A stretch of 58,225 nt of DNA, counting the filler, from Catajapyx aquilonaris (lineage: Eukaryota): assembly GCA_000934665.2 (NCBI GenBank). It is 3 parts of 3 records of this genome, joined end to end, with 100 filler letters (N's around TTAATTAATTAA, not from the genome) between each part and the next. Parts side by side here need not be neighbours in the genome. Positions count along the whole stretch, not along the records: positions 19,365 to 38,614 come from JYFJ02006502.1; 2 more parts are not named here. The stretch is one strand, 5' to 3'. Position numbers and translations under genes: made by a program. Below are positions 22,301-35,964 of the stretch, one piece after another. The notes under the pieces are model-generated. The model ran no database searches, had not been told where the DNA came from, and was given only the letters and a program-made list of their open reading frames with translations. Position 1 is the first letter of the stretch. The number at the start of each line of letters is the position of its first letter.

Positions 22301-25300
22301 TGGAAGTGGAAGCTCATCAGGTGATGAGAAACATTCCTCCACCTCCATGTCCAGCAAGCTGACCAAAGTGGGTGCACCAGCATTATCTGGTGCGCAATTT
22401 GGTGACCGGCTCTCACCCGTTTTGCAAGTGCTTTCTGTTACCCCAACACGACTCAGGCATAGGTTTTCCTACCAAGAGAAGGCTGCTGACGGGGCTCAGG
22501 AAGGTAGGACAAAGTGCAATCATTTCATTAATACTTAATTGCCTCATATTATGAATGTTACATACAGTTCGAAATTTGCCATAATTTTTAGGTGTCATAT
22601 TTTAACAATTTTCTCCGTGATTATATTAGTATTTTTATGCTTTAAGAATAATTGTGGTACCACAAGTGGTGAGTTTCTGCTGCAGGTAGCATTATGTTTT
22701 AAGATTTGCAGCCTTAATCTGTTGGTGAATATAATAATAATTTGTATATTATAGTTATTTAGAGTGACTTCTTGAGGTCTCAATGATTACATTGAAGTAC
22801 CGGTAATAGAAAATTTGGCAGTTTCTCTGAAACTGAGTGATATTGTAGGACTGTTGCATGAATAAGTACAGGGAAAATAGTGGGTGGAAGTGATGATTCG
22901 AAGATTATGTTGGGAATATTGTTTTTTTTTTTTAATGCGTATTATAAATCCATGAGCAGCCATTTTAGCAAAGTGCATACATATGGGTGAATTATTGAAC
23001 TCTGTGCCCAATTTTTTTTAAATTCTGCCGACGAATTGGCAGACTTGCTATACACTTAAAAGTTTGCATTTTTTTTTTCTCATCATGATATCTCTGCCTA
23101 GTATTATTAGCACCCATTGGTTTCTTGCGACAGGCCTAGCTTGTATTTCCATTTGTTATAATATGCCTACATGACTGAAAATCTTATTTTCTTAATAATT
23201 TCTGGAGTTGCAACAATGACATCCACTGGGGAACCACACTGGGGGGTGCACAAAGATGAATCTGCATATTTTTTAAAATCAAATACATTGTTCTGTTAGG
23301 GATGCGGGCACTGTTCTCAACACGGGTGCTGTACATGGCATTAAGGCCCTGAAAAGGAAGGAAATTCTCAGTAATTGCCGTGTCGTACATAAAAGACCAT
23401 ATACTATCACCACTTCTCCTTAGAAGCAGGTTGAGGTTGGTCCATGGCCTAGAATGCAGTGGTTCTTGTTTCCTGTCATTTATTAAATACTGATTCTAGG
23501 ATTTAGACTGCCTTCTTCGCACATGCTAGATTCAGTCTTTCTGACGTACCTGATGAGTCAGCATGCACAGTATACTGTAGGTAACATTTTGGCAAACTCA
23601 ACCTGTGAGGCTTTCAAGTTGCTCGTACATGTATTATGTTGAGATGAGAAATGGCGTGCGGGATTTCCTCCATAATCTGTTCCGAGCTGACTCTCAGGAG
23701 AATGAGAGAAATGGCCACTTTTGTTCCCTGGATTTTTCTGCACACAAGAGAGTGGAAGGAGTCAGAAATAATTGTGCAAAAACTCTGTGAGCAGAGCTTT
23801 GTATAGGGATCAGTTCACATAATGACCAAGTGATGCAGGCATTCGTACCCCGTTGTCCCCACCCTTGCTTGGGTTCGGTGTGTTAGACCTGCTGCATTGT
23901 TCTGTAACATGCATGTGGTACCAGAGTGGAGAAGTACAATAATAATTTCTGGTGTGTTGAAATCTAATTCTAGAGGGCAGACTAACAGCTGCGATGCCTC
24001 TAAGAGTTGGACATCTCCACCAAGAAATGGAGGAAACCTCTCCTCCTGACCAGCAGCCCCCCATCCCTGACAACCAGGCCTCATCCTCACCTCCCCTTCC
24101 CGAGTCATCTCCAGACTCCCCCAGCAAGTCCCAACCACTGGATAATAATAATGAGGATGCTGAAGAGGCCAGCACCAGTGACTCCAGCCAGACTTACTCT
24201 GAGCGCAGGAAGTTTTGGGAGCAAATGACAGCTGGAACCACGTGTGTGGTGAAGCCTGCATCTGCCTCCAAAATGCAGCTGCGCCCTGAGAGTAGTCAGG
24301 AGTGGACGAGTAGCGACCCTGCCTCAACCATTGGGTTTGACTGGACACAGCACAGGTCTTCCTGGCCGTGTGACGTGTCTTCCATGAAGAAGACCAGCCC
24401 ACGGCTTCTGAAGGCAAGCCCGTTGGCAGAGGACGACATTGCCTTTAAAGGCGTGAAAGAGAAGACACAATTTTTCGAGGAAAGAATTAAGGGAGAGACC
24501 ATTGAATTTTCCCACAAATTGGAACTGGATAAGAAAATTTCCTCAACTGCCACCACTCAGCACGAAGATAGCATTTTTGTTAGTAAACCTGTGCTCAAGC
24601 GAATATTTTTGCAAAGTGAATTTGCTCTAGCTCAAGAAGTTGCAGATCAAAAGTCCTCAAGCAGAGAAGAACTCATGGATGCAGCTGGCTCATCAAATCA
24701 AGTCACCTCTGAACAACTGCAACAAGCATCAAGTTTGAGAACACGTGATGACCACTCGGAAGTAGTCACCACTGAGAGTGAGGACACTTTTGCAAGTTCC
24801 TTTGTTCTTATTACAAAAACTGCAGTGATTTCAACTTATGCATCCGACACACTGGAAGCAGCAAGGACAGACCAAGATATTCTCACTGGCGAATGTGAAG
24901 AAGATGATGAGGTAATAGAAGACATGGAAACAACAAGCTCTGCAACAGATGACATCCCAAGAATGAAGAGGTCTATGGAGATGATATTTCAACCTGAGCC
25001 AAAACCATTTCAGGGTGACACGTCGCCAACGATTCTTCCAGAATCAGGGGAGGAATATGATGAAGATGTGCATGTTGGTACCTCCACAGAGAGGGAACAT
25101 GTGAGAGATTATAAGCTCCCATGTGCAAAGCCTCCGAAACCAGAGATCCTCAGCAGAAAAGAGGAGCTGGATGTGGAGCAGAAAGAAGTTGACGAAGCAG
25201 AGAAGCAAATACCTGAAGGGATTACTCTCTCATCAGGAGTCCGACCCCGCTCCACTTCCACGAGCTTTCCAGAGAAGTTTCAAGAGGACAGCAGCACATC

Positions 25301-28300
25301 TGAGCTGAGTCTCAAAGAATCTGACGACTCCCCTGATGTGCCACTCCCGGACATCACCATAACACAACACAGTCCCACACATCATCAACGAAGGGAATTC
25401 AACTACCCTGATTTGGAATGGGACGAAGACTTTCCAGACACAGGTCAGAGCAAGTCCACCCCTCCGACACCCACATCAGGCTCTTCGCAGGTGTCCGATA
25501 AGTCATCTGAAACAGAGACTGACCAAGGCAGAGAGTATGTGCTTCAGGACCAGAGCTCATTCGATGTCATAGTGGAAGAACCTGTGTTGGAGTTTGATCA
25601 GGGAGACCTCTTGGACCAACTTGGAATGTGCTCTTTTCCTGCCAAGGAAAGCAGTTCACCAAAGGAAGTTGGTGAAGGTGACGAATATCATGGAGCACGG
25701 CCTCGCACCACTGAAGCCACTTCTGAGTCACTAACTGAAGATGAATTGTGCACCAGGCTTGGATCTGACGTCGATTATGAAATGGGATTTGATGGGAGCG
25801 AAGAGTGCTATCAGTTTGATGTAATGGATGAACAGATGTACAGGAAACCATTGGAAGACATAGAAGAGTCTCACGAAGAAGAAGACACTTCCGACGAAAG
25901 TAGAGATATGCTTCACAAGTGCTCTGGGAATCTGGAGACTGATGTGTCTATGCACACGCAAGTCACCAGCGAGAGCAGTAAGAAATGCCTCGAGAAGGTT
26001 GATGAGGAAGCGACCTGCAGTGGTGGAGCCGCAATGAGCTGCGGAGATGACATGTCATTATCATCCTTGCAGGAGTTTGAACTCTTGGAGCATGCCTTGT
26101 GCAGTGAAACAGAAGGCACTGTTGAGCGTGACAATAATAAGACAGAGGAAGGTGTAGGGACCATCTCAGCAGAATCACCTGCTACATGTGATAACCAGGC
26201 CACCCATGTGCAACCTGAAGAAGTTCCTCAGGAGTCACAAAAGGCCTCTGAATTTACCAAGACTGACGAATGTGTGACCAAGGGGTTAGGTCATGATGAC
26301 GAGGAATTCATGAAGGATGACGTTGAGAAGTTCCAAGTGGAGCACATCCCTGCCTCCCGCACCACTAGCGGAGGTTCAGTGCAGAGTATTGGACAGTTGT
26401 CAAATGTCACCCACTTTGATGTTGAGTCACTGCAAGGGCGGTCTTACGAGGATGACCTTGATGAGGAAGGACGTGATGCCACAACGCCAGACTCCATCGA
26501 GCAACAGCTGGACATGACAGACAGAGATGCGGCCATGACCACCTCTGCCGACTCCCTGGAGTTGGAAGCTGCCTACAACAAATCCCTCATGACTGTATCA
26601 GCTGATTCCCTGGACTTTACTGGCAACCGCCCCATGACCACTTCCACAGACTCGCTGGAGTTGGCTACCTCCTCCAGTACCACCGTCAGAGCTGAATTGG
26701 AGACCGCAGGCGTAGTAGGAGAAGAGATGAGAGAAGAGGTTCAAAGACTGTGCACAACTACTCATCACATCAGACAAGCCTCTTCTGCTGTTGCGACTAC
26801 TCAGGCAATGTTTTCTAAGCAGGACATTGCCACTGAAGGTGCCTCGTCACTCCAGAGTACCACTTTGCATTCCACTATCTCTTCCTCTTCCTCTGTTGCT
26901 TCAACCACCTCAACCACCACCACCACTACAATCACATCTACCACGACCCATCGACATCTGGAACAAACCTGTAGGGATTCCACAGGTAGAGAGGCTCTCT
27001 ATAGCATCAAAGTTCTCTCTCTCTCTCTCGCCTCTGATTGTGCGCGCCACTCTTTTTTATTTGTTTATTTTTTTTGCCACTTTGGTTGTTGAAACTCTTA
27101 TTTTTGGCGAATCTACAGAATTTAATAACCTGTCATGTATTGTTTTCTAAAATGTGCTGCATTGTTTTGTTATGTTTGTGTGGGTGGACGAGTCTATGGA
27201 AAATGCACATTCACATTGACCTATAGTTTTTGATATGAGCAACTTCTACAGAATTTTTTTTTTTAAATATGCTGGTTGTTAACCAGTCTTAATGAGGCAT
27301 TATCTTATAAGATGAGGCAGATCTCGAATCAATGCTGGACTAGTCGGTGTGAATGTTCGTTTGACATGAAGGTGACGACACAATAACTTGCTGATGCTTT
27401 GTGATTTGACCACGCCGCTGTTTAGTTGCTCAAGCAGGCTTATATTTTACACGCCTCAGCAGCAGCCTGCTGTAGAGTACATAATTATACACAATATGAC
27501 ATGTAATGAGCACATCCACGGTAAGTCACAAACTGATATAATAATAATTATATGCAACTTTACATCCTTCAGTGCTCTTGTTTCACAGAGAGTGCTGTCG
27601 ACACAACACTGCACCCTATCATGTACGATATGTGAACATACCATCCTATGCATAATAATACCCAGGGTTATTGGGATGACTTATCACTCGTCTTAATGCA
27701 GTTCAAATGTGTAATACTGAACAATAAGGTGGAGGAAGAGATGTTTATAATTATGCAAGTCGAGCAAAGCAAAGATTGTACGATGTATGGATGTGACAAG
27801 CCTGGTACCTGCTTGTTACTTGAATCACACTCATCCAATAATAATTGCGTTGGACTAAGGAGCATTGGTTTGGACATATGTTTGTTCCGAATATGACATT
27901 ACACTTATGGTTCGATAGCTAAATCAAAAATTCATTCCCATCAGATCTTCAGGCACATAACTACACTATTTTCTTTTGAGCCCCTTTTATGTGCTGTAGT
28001 GAGAGTGCATGCTTTATCAGGCAATAGCGTTTAAAAAAAGCAATGGATGCCAAAAGTCGTACCTATTATTTTGAGATTAATCAAAATTTTAAAATTGGCT
28101 GCAATGAATGCTGACAGCACATCCGACTATTGAAAATGTGAATCGTGGCCTGCAGCATGCCTATAGGACAGTGAAATAGTTATTACACTGGGCCTGCTTG
28201 CAAGGTACAGTACAGTGATTATAAGGCCAGAATATAGTTGAATATAATATTGGGGTTTCAACTTGGTCATCATTTTATTCCTTGCAAAAAAAAATGTGGA

Positions 28301-28880
28301 CAGTACACCGCAAGTGTCATAGTAAACTACCACTTCAGGTATGGAGTGATTGACTTTTGTCCCACACTTATTTTTATGTAACTAATTCATTCATGATACT
28401 GATGAGTATGTTTTGTGACCTCTGCCTCAACCTTGCAGTTTTGCTACACAATATTATTAACACATTCAATGCCCCCTTCTCCTCAGGTGTAACAGAGGTG
28501 ACCTCTCAGATTGAAGGCATTCACCACCGAGCAGAAGATGCTCCAATACCAGAAACTTCTGCAGAAGAAACAGGAGGTCCTGCTGCAGATAGTGCCGCAT
28601 CCACGGCGCAGTAAGTGACCTGTTGTGGTTGATGCAAAGTTTTTTGCAGTTGTTTGTTCAAACTATACTGTATAATTATTATGCAACCCAAGAATTTCTA
28701 TCGCATGCAAGGTGGTATAACTAGCAGCTGTGGTGTCAAATCAAGGCGTGTTTGCCTCGCATATCTTGTCATGAAATTCCTTTCCACAAATCAAATCTCC
28801 TATCTTTTTACAGCCACATTACAACAAGTAATAAGGATGCTGATCAACAGAAGAAGAGCAGCGGTGACCTGCGCAAGTAA
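19365..28880 (+). CDS. 3' part of a multi-exon gene for a very large acidic, Ser/Thr/Glu-rich protein; probably a giant ankyrin (Ank2/UNC-44-like) tail
   Basis: Phase-compatible GT-AG exons: <19365-19456, 19543-19752, 20464-22503, 23974-26985, 28487-28610 and 28814-28880 (TAA). SLSSLQEFELLE, repeated T(S/A)DSLE and SERRKFWEQ recall invertebrate giant ankyrin C-termini. No ANK, ZU5 or death domain is in the window, so the identity is tentative while the exon structure is well supported. Confidence 0.65.
20464..22503 (+). CDS. Giant exon 1 (2040 nt, phase 1-1) of the putative giant ankyrin
   Basis: Polypyrimidine tract and CAG acceptor at 20461-20463, 677-aa stop-free ORF, donor G|GTAGG at 22504. 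Confidence 0.85.
23974..26985 (+). CDS. Giant exon 2 (about 3012 nt, phase 1-1) of the putative giant ankyrin
   Basis: 1032-aa ORF, acceptor TAG at 23971-23973 (alternative in-phase CAG ending at 23988), donor CAG|GTAGAG at 26986. Confidence 0.85.
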
Positions 28881-30948
28881 AGAAACCTGATGAATACGTG
28901 ATCCCAGTATTTACATGAAGATACTTCTCAATGGATGAGCAACTATATAACAGTGCTATACAAGCACACAAAACAACTGCTTGAACACAATCACTTACTA
29001 TATACACACCTACAGTATTGTCTGCTAATCCCAAACACTTGGCAGTGCACGTGCTCAATCTGCAGCATGGGAGCCAAATAAGTGTGGTCTTATTTAAAAT
29101 CACGTTTTACTTTGTTCCAATGGACAATACTTGGGACAGTTTTAAAAATGGTTTTTGGTTTACAGGAGAGAAATGCAAAAGACTTGCTTTCATTTTGTGA
29201 AAATGTGGTATGGACGAAGAGGAGTGTTTGAAAATTGTCTAGTAATTTTTTTTTTCCAAGCACTGATGACCTCTTGACTATAAACGTCTCTCAGCTGCAG
29301 TGATTCTTCCCGCAGTAAACGCCATGACTGACTTTGTGGGTGAAGTGAAAATGCTCTGACCTTTTATGACATCATTACTCGGCCACCGAAATGGGAGAGA
29401 CAATCGTGATGAAAGATTCTCTGCCTATCCCTCTTATTGTCTCTTTCTGCCTTTCTCGCTTTCCCCTTTGAAAACTGGCACATCACATGGCGTGTGCACA
29501 CACAGACACAATTGCACACAATCAGACACTTCTTGGAAAATGTTAGTGTAACTGCTGCTCCTCTAAATATAACAATATTATGTAACCACCACTGCTGCAC
29601 TGAAAGCAAGCCCTGCTTGCCTCAGCTCTTCCCCTCCCCAAAGAGAGTGAGAAATATTTGCCGAACACTTAAATGCATACGTGTGTAACAGAGTAGCGGA
29701 CTCTGCGCTCATAATTATACACTTTATTAATCATACTCTAATACTATACTAACATGGCATCTTTCTCCGCAATGACGTAGATCATGATCACTCTAGTCAA
29801 ACCAGGACACTACATAAATTTAAAAGTGCCAGCCAGCAGTACGTACTTGAACCAAAAGTATGCGGTTCTCAAGTCTATTATTATTATTATTATTATTGTT
29901 ATTATTTCCTGTGTTTTTGGTCATGAGCAAGTATGTTATACCATGATAGGAATTGTGTCTTTGAAGTTATTCAAGTGGTGCAAGGTAGGGCAGAAGGTCA
30001 AAGTAGTTGGACCTTAACAATAATGCATTTTGGTAGAGAAAGAAAATGAAGTGCTTTGAAAACCAAAAACGTCAGAAGATTAAAGTATCGGATAATATTT
30101 GTCTTGTATCACCGTGGCCTGGATGATGAGTGTACGGATGGACAGTAATTGCGACTACTGCTATTTTATTCGCGAATGGATAGGAATGGATGGGAAGCAC
30201 ATATAGGTAGAACTATCCGATCTATTTTCATTCTGACCTTTTTGAGGCCTCTATACATGCAATGATTGTTGAAGGTTACTTATATAATATATTATGATAG
30301 CTTTAACTGTAGATATGGACGATGGCTATATTCTATATTTTGTATCGTGTTTGAATCGTATGTGTATTCATGACACATTATGAGTGGGACATGTGGGAGG
30401 CACCTACTAACACAGAGAAAGGGTATTATTTTTTACACCAGGGTTCCCCAAGTGCGAATGTTGATGAACGGTATGTTAACTATTCTAGAGTATGAAGATG
30501 TTGAAAAAAATCATTGTCCAGCTGATGTCCATCAGTCGCTCGTCGCTTAATAATTATTGTTTTCTTGATTGATTCGCCTGCGCTTCCGTCCTCGCTCGCC
30601 GTAGATGAGACAGTTATTATCACACTTGGGAAAACGAAGACATTGAAAGCTGCTGCTGCTGCTACTACTACTGCCTATGAAAAGACACTGCATTGAACAT
30701 GTGTGTACTCCACTTAACTCTGTTTTGCAGTGACGGGCATTTCTCTTTCCCACTTTATTCTAGTGATGAGCTCTAGTGGTGTTATTTTAACTGCTTAGCC
30801 ACTTACATGTGTTTGGCTGGGACTGCTACTATACTTCGTCTACAGCATTGTTTTCCATCATGACTGCTATGCATGCAGATTTATTGTTATGTAGTCTTTG
30901 CCACTATCAAACTACAACAACATGATTGTGTTCTTTTCTAATATGAAA

Positions 30949-30954
30949 AATAAA
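30949..30954 (+). promoter_or_regulatory. Candidate polyadenylation signal ending a ~2.1-kb 3'UTR
   Basis: AATAAA just before the switch from unique-looking sequence to repeat-rich DNA. Confidence 0.35.
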
Positions 30955-31140
30955 CGAGAATTCACATGTTGAGGTGCAGACATGAATTTTATTATTGCGC
31001 TTCCGCAGTTACCTTTTCCTCTGGTCAGGCGCTGGTCAGGCAATTGACATGTTCGTTATAATATGCTTTGCCATGTCTCCTATCACCTATCGTCCATAGC
31101 ATGGAAACCATGATCCATAAACAAAATCATAATGATCAAT

Positions 31141-31510
31141 AATTGAATTTATTTTTTTATTTTTTTACGTTACCCCGTGATAGGGCCATAGGCCCTTATA
31201 GGGGGGTGGAATACCACCATTTTCCCTTCAATTTTCTGATTTTTTTTCTTCTAACTCCGGTGCAAGGATGAAAGGACATGAGGTAAGGATATAGGGATTT
31301 TTGGGGAGGAAACATGTGGTGCAAGTGCAATGTCGGTAAAGGGGTCATGTGCTGTCCCCCAGGAAGTTAGGTTGCCAGACACCTCCTTGGTGCAGGTCAG
31401 CTGAGACCCTCCTGACGCAGGTGAAAGGAAAGTTCCCAGGCGGGGATCGAACCTGGGGCCTTTCATTCAGCAAGCCGAGACGTTACCATCTCGGCCATCT
31501 ACACCTCCCC
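31141..31510 (-). mobile_element. tRNA-derived SINE (family 1)
   Basis: A box TGGCCGAGATGG, B box GGTTCGATCCC, A-rich tail and TCAAT direct repeats (31136-31140, 31511-31515). An empty-site-like homolog lies at about 36320-36365. Confidence 0.85.
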
Positions 31511-31612
31511 TCAATTGAAAATTATGATAGCCTCATTGTGAAACTGCCAAGAAAGATTTATTCGTCCTATAGGCCTACTTTGTTCAAGCCGGGCTAGCTG
31601 ATATACAGGCGG

Positions 31613-31990
31613 GTTTGGACTTAATCTACTGTCGCTTTGGGAAATTATGGAGGGGTTCTAGGTGATCACTATGAGTATAATTATGCAACATGGGTCTCCG
31701 ACACATAGTTACCGAGATAATTAGCATTAAATAAAAAGTGCATTATCTCGTCAACTTACAGGTTTCGCATAGTACTGCTTACGACAGCACTTCCATCGCC
31801 TAGGACATTCCCTGCTACACCTAACAGGATTGTAAATTAAATTTAAATAACATGGTAACACCTTAAATGCAAAAGGTAAGGTTGTGTGGAGGGATGCATA
31901 CGTCACGCACATGTGCCAGGATATTTTTTATACCCTTGTGCTTGAAGCGCATTATCTGGGCAACTATGCGTCAGAGACCTATATGTTGCC
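31613..31990. mobile_element. Truncated Tc1/mariner-like MITE
   Basis: TA-CAGGCGGG start and an internal inverted repeat between 31685-31721 and 31951-31989. Confidence 0.45.
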
Positions 31991-32089
31991 AAGCCAAGAG
32001 CTAATCTTGATATTACATAATTATATACTCACATTGTTCACCTAGAACACATATAAATTATATCATTTCCCAAAGCGAAGCAGTGGTAG

Positions 32090-32850
32090 CGGATTGGGAT
32101 ATGGTATCCGACTGCTAAGCGGGTGCTGGGTTGTGGTGCACTTGCATGCCGTGCCGGGTTGGGGTGCACTGCGGGATCGTGCTGTGGTGGGGTGCCTTTG
32201 GATGGTCCTTTTGCAGGGATGGGAGTGCCGGGTGGCCGTGCTCGATGTGGGGATGCTGGGTTGTGGTGCATTGTAGGATCGTCGTGGAGGGATGGGGTGC
32301 ATTACTTGTTTACTATTTGGCACTATTTACTATTTGGTTAGTTGGTTAGTTAGTTAGTTAGTTATTTAATTTATTTACATATTTATTTTTTTGGCGTCGT
32401 CTTCCTATTTTTCTCTTCCGTACCCGTTTTTGTGTGGGAATCCAGTTCATTTGGGTGATTGGGAGTCACTGTAGTGTGAGCGCGCGCGCGTTTGTAATAA
32501 TAATTATTACAAACGCGCGCGCGCTCACACTACACCCCCACTGCACGATCCCTCTGTGCACCACAACCCTGCACGATCCCGCTGTGCACCACAACCCGGC
32601 ACGGACCACAAGTGCAGCCCATCTCGCTGCAAAAGGTCCATCCAAAGGCACCCCACCACTCCACGATCCCTCTGTGCACCCCAACCCGGCACGGCATACA
32701 AGTGCACCACAACCCGGCACGGACCACAAGTGCAGCCCATCGCTGCAAAAGGTCCATCCAAAGGCACCCCACCACTGCACGATCCAGCAGTGCACCCGTG
32801 CACCCCATCCCTGCATGGCACCAAAGTGCACCCCATCCCTGCACGATCCC
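32090..32850. repeat. GC-rich minisatellite in two opposed blocks around a perfect palindrome
   Basis: GTGCACCACAACCCGGCACG-type units at 32535-32850, inverted copies at 32120-32300 and a palindrome at 32470-32534. Confidence 0.85.
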
Positions 32851-33594
32851 GCTTAAGGCCCTCCAACCTGTTGAAGGTTCGTAACCATCGAAAAGACACC
32901 CTGTGCTCACCATATGGTTCAAGTGCACGTAATTATGCCGCAATGCAAGCGGAGGTCCCAAAATGCAGGGAATACAAATATACGTCTCACGAAGAAATCA
33001 ACCAAGAAGGGGGCCTTAAGAAAATGCCAGATAAAGAAATGTCCAGGCAATCTAGAACAAAAATAATGCCCCCAACCTGGGCAAAATTGCTTCACAAGGT
33101 TTCTGAACGGTTTCCAGTTCAGAATCGATTGCTGAATAACATATTCAAAATCCGCCAAAATCGGTCCACGGGAACACCCCCAAAAATGGACAAAATGGCG
33201 CCCAAGCCACATTTAAGTAAATAATTCCTTACTCCGAAACCAAGGCTTTAGGGACATTTTGTGTTCAGTTCGAATGAGTGTAGAATGGTGCGAGGATTAT
33301 TCTGGGACCATTACCGGCCACGTAGGGGGCATAGGTCACTGACCAGGTAAAATTATGTGCAATCTGTGCAAATGTGCTCTGACCTCCAGCATATTCATGC
33401 CGGCGGCGCATGAAATATGCGCCATACAGAAAATATGCTCCAATAAATGCTTTGCGCAACATTCGTAGCTACAAAATGATACTTGAATCGTTCATGTAGG
33501 TGTAATAGTAACGGAGATATGTACATATCTTCACATCCAAATTTGAGACAATTCTTGACAATAGGCTTCAATTGCCACAGATGAGATCCACCTG

Positions 33595-35790
33595 ACATGA
33601 TGGCTGGAAAAAAATAGGTTTCCAGAGCGATACGAGGTCATAGTTGTAGACGCAGCTCTATTAGTACCTTACTAGTCAGAGAAGTTTTCCCTCGCATGAA
33701 TGAAGATGGAACTCCTCACGCCCTCATTAAGGAAGCTTATGATCTGCTCGACAATTTGATGGCCGCCAAACAAGCACTTGAGGATGCGGAATCGTCAAAA
33801 TCATTGTCTCAGATTAATATTGCTTTGGAGGAGAAGAGAATTCACCTGCGGTCTATTTCGCAAACAGGGACAGTCGTGACATTCAGAAAGTACTTGAGCG
33901 GCTGGAATCCATATCCCCATTCCCTTCTGACTCGGGTCTCGTCGTCAAAATGATAGGAAAGCAAGTGTTTTCATATTCTGCCAAAAGATCTGACAAAGTG
34001 AAAACCCTAGGATCTGCTTCTGCCGTTAGGAGAACTGTCGATGCTAATGTAGAAATAGATCCTGCACTCCTGTTTCAGAGAATGATGACTGTTGCTAGTG
34101 GCAGTGAAATGAATCTCGAAGATGTCATGGGCCGTATTCAGAGTCGTTCGCTAATGCAGCGCAAAAGTCCGCACTAACTAGTGCGACGCTTGGTCCGCAC
34201 TAGCGCCACACTAGTTTCTCCCATTCAGAGTCGCCTCACTGCCTGCTCAGAGGAGCGCACTAGGTTCGAACACTGCACCAGCGAGACGTGGTGTTGCCAC
34301 GATTTCACAGCCAGGTTTTCGGACACCGTCTGTGCGATAAATGGGCTTTTAAATATTGATGCATGTCTTTTTCGATTTTAATACATTTTATAGACCTGAA
34401 AACACATTTTAGATGATTAAATAATTAGTAATGACGAATTTACGCAAAAAAAATCGGAGCTGGGGTCGGCGGGCGACGATCTTCATTCGTGCTTCATTTA
34501 ATCTTGATTTAATCCCCAGGGTGACGATCTTCATTTGTTTCCCCAGGCTGGGGAAACAAATGAAGATTGAGCGCCAAAAATCGCTTAGCAGCAGTTTAAA
34601 AAGCTGCTAAGTTATTTTCAAACTACTGCCACTGCCTAGTTCGATGTTAGTTCCACGCAAAAGAAGGGGGTCCCCTTCACTAAGTTTTGCCTTAGTGCAC
34701 AGCTTTAACAGGATCGCACTAAGTCCGCACTAGGCCTAAAGCGCGACTCTGAATGCGACTTTTCTTAGTGAACTGGGTCACGTGGTTTAAAGCACTGCAC
34801 TAACTTCTTGTTGTTGACTCTGAATAGTGTTACGAACTTTGTGCGTATATACCCTCCTGCATTATTCGAATCACGAAGTCTCTTGAGGAAAGCCGAAAAG
34901 GCTCAGTTAGCTCATGCAATACTCAAACACACTGACACGTTACGTATGGAAGAGGTTGAAGAATAATGCACTGCACAGACCATCAGTACGTATTGGATGG
35001 AGGATCTTTGCTACATCGTGTTTCATGGCGAAAAGAAGAAACACATGAGGAAATTGCGAACTCCTATGCCGATTTCACTCTCAAGGCTTATGGAAAAGCT
35101 ATCATTGTTTTTGATGACTACAGCAGCTCTCCCTACGATCAAGGACATGGCCCACAGAAGACGCAGCACCAAGACAAGCAGAAATGTGAATGTCAGTCCG
35201 GGCATGAAGTTTGTCGGCCAGAAGGAACACAGGCGGTTTTAAGTTGCACTATCGGAGTGACATAAGAAGGGGTCCATCTCCCAATCCAGTGTAATGATAT
35301 TCGCTGAATTCAATCATTGTTGGGTAATGACATATGTAAGTTCCTTCTGTTTGTGCATGCGTTCACGGGCTGCGACACCACGTCCAGAATTTATTCGATC
35401 GGGAAAGCAGCAGCGTTCGACAAACTGATAAAGGTGGCTGAATTCCAATCAGTTGCAGACACATTCTGTTCGGAGAGTTCCCGACACGCGGATATTGAAG
35501 CAGATGGAAGGAAGGCAATGCTTCTGTTGTATGGCTGCAAAAATTTGGCATCCACTAATAACGCACTGCGCCATCGAATGTTAGTTGAAAAGGTAGCTGC
35601 AGCTAAATCATTTGTTGCTCCCGAGCGTTTGCCGCCTACCGATTCTTTTACAAAGTACCACAGCTTTCGTACATAATTATACTTTCAAATAAGAATCTGG
35701 AAGTCTACAGAAGAGGGGATCAGTGCTGAAGATTGGGGTTGGTATTTAAAGAATAATTCCTTCTACCCTGAAGTCTGCGAAATGCCACCC
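33595..35790 (+). mobile_element. Academ-like DNA transposon remnant (transposase + XPG-like nuclease region)
   Basis: MMAGK..SRAIRGH..VDAAL, IDPALLFQR, YELC..PPALF, VLDGGSLLH, IVFDDY, HAFTGCDTTS..GK, LPPT..H..R.YFQI..W..DWGW. Multiple frameshifts and deletions. Confidence 0.8.
34130..34826. mobile_element. PIF/Harbinger-like MITE inserted in the Academ remnant
   Basis: Ends GGCCGTATTCAGAGTC ... GACTCTGAATA (right end clipped). It interrupts EDVM|CYELC and has a central perfect hairpin at about 34527-34568. Confidence 0.7.
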
Positions 35791-35964
35791 TATATCCTAG
35801 TATTCCTTGCACGGAAATTGAAGTTAAATAGAAAACTGTATGGTGGTCTGCCACCCCCCGAAAGGCCCATAGAGGGCCATCAAGGGGTACGTAAAATAAA
35901 AAATAATAATTTTTTTTAAGGAGGTTGAAACCTCCTTAAATTTGGCCCAGCATGCCTTTCAACC

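Noticed and set aside
32038..33224. Many overlapping 70-220 aa ORFs
   Set aside because: Open frames arise from a GC-rich, stop-poor minisatellite.
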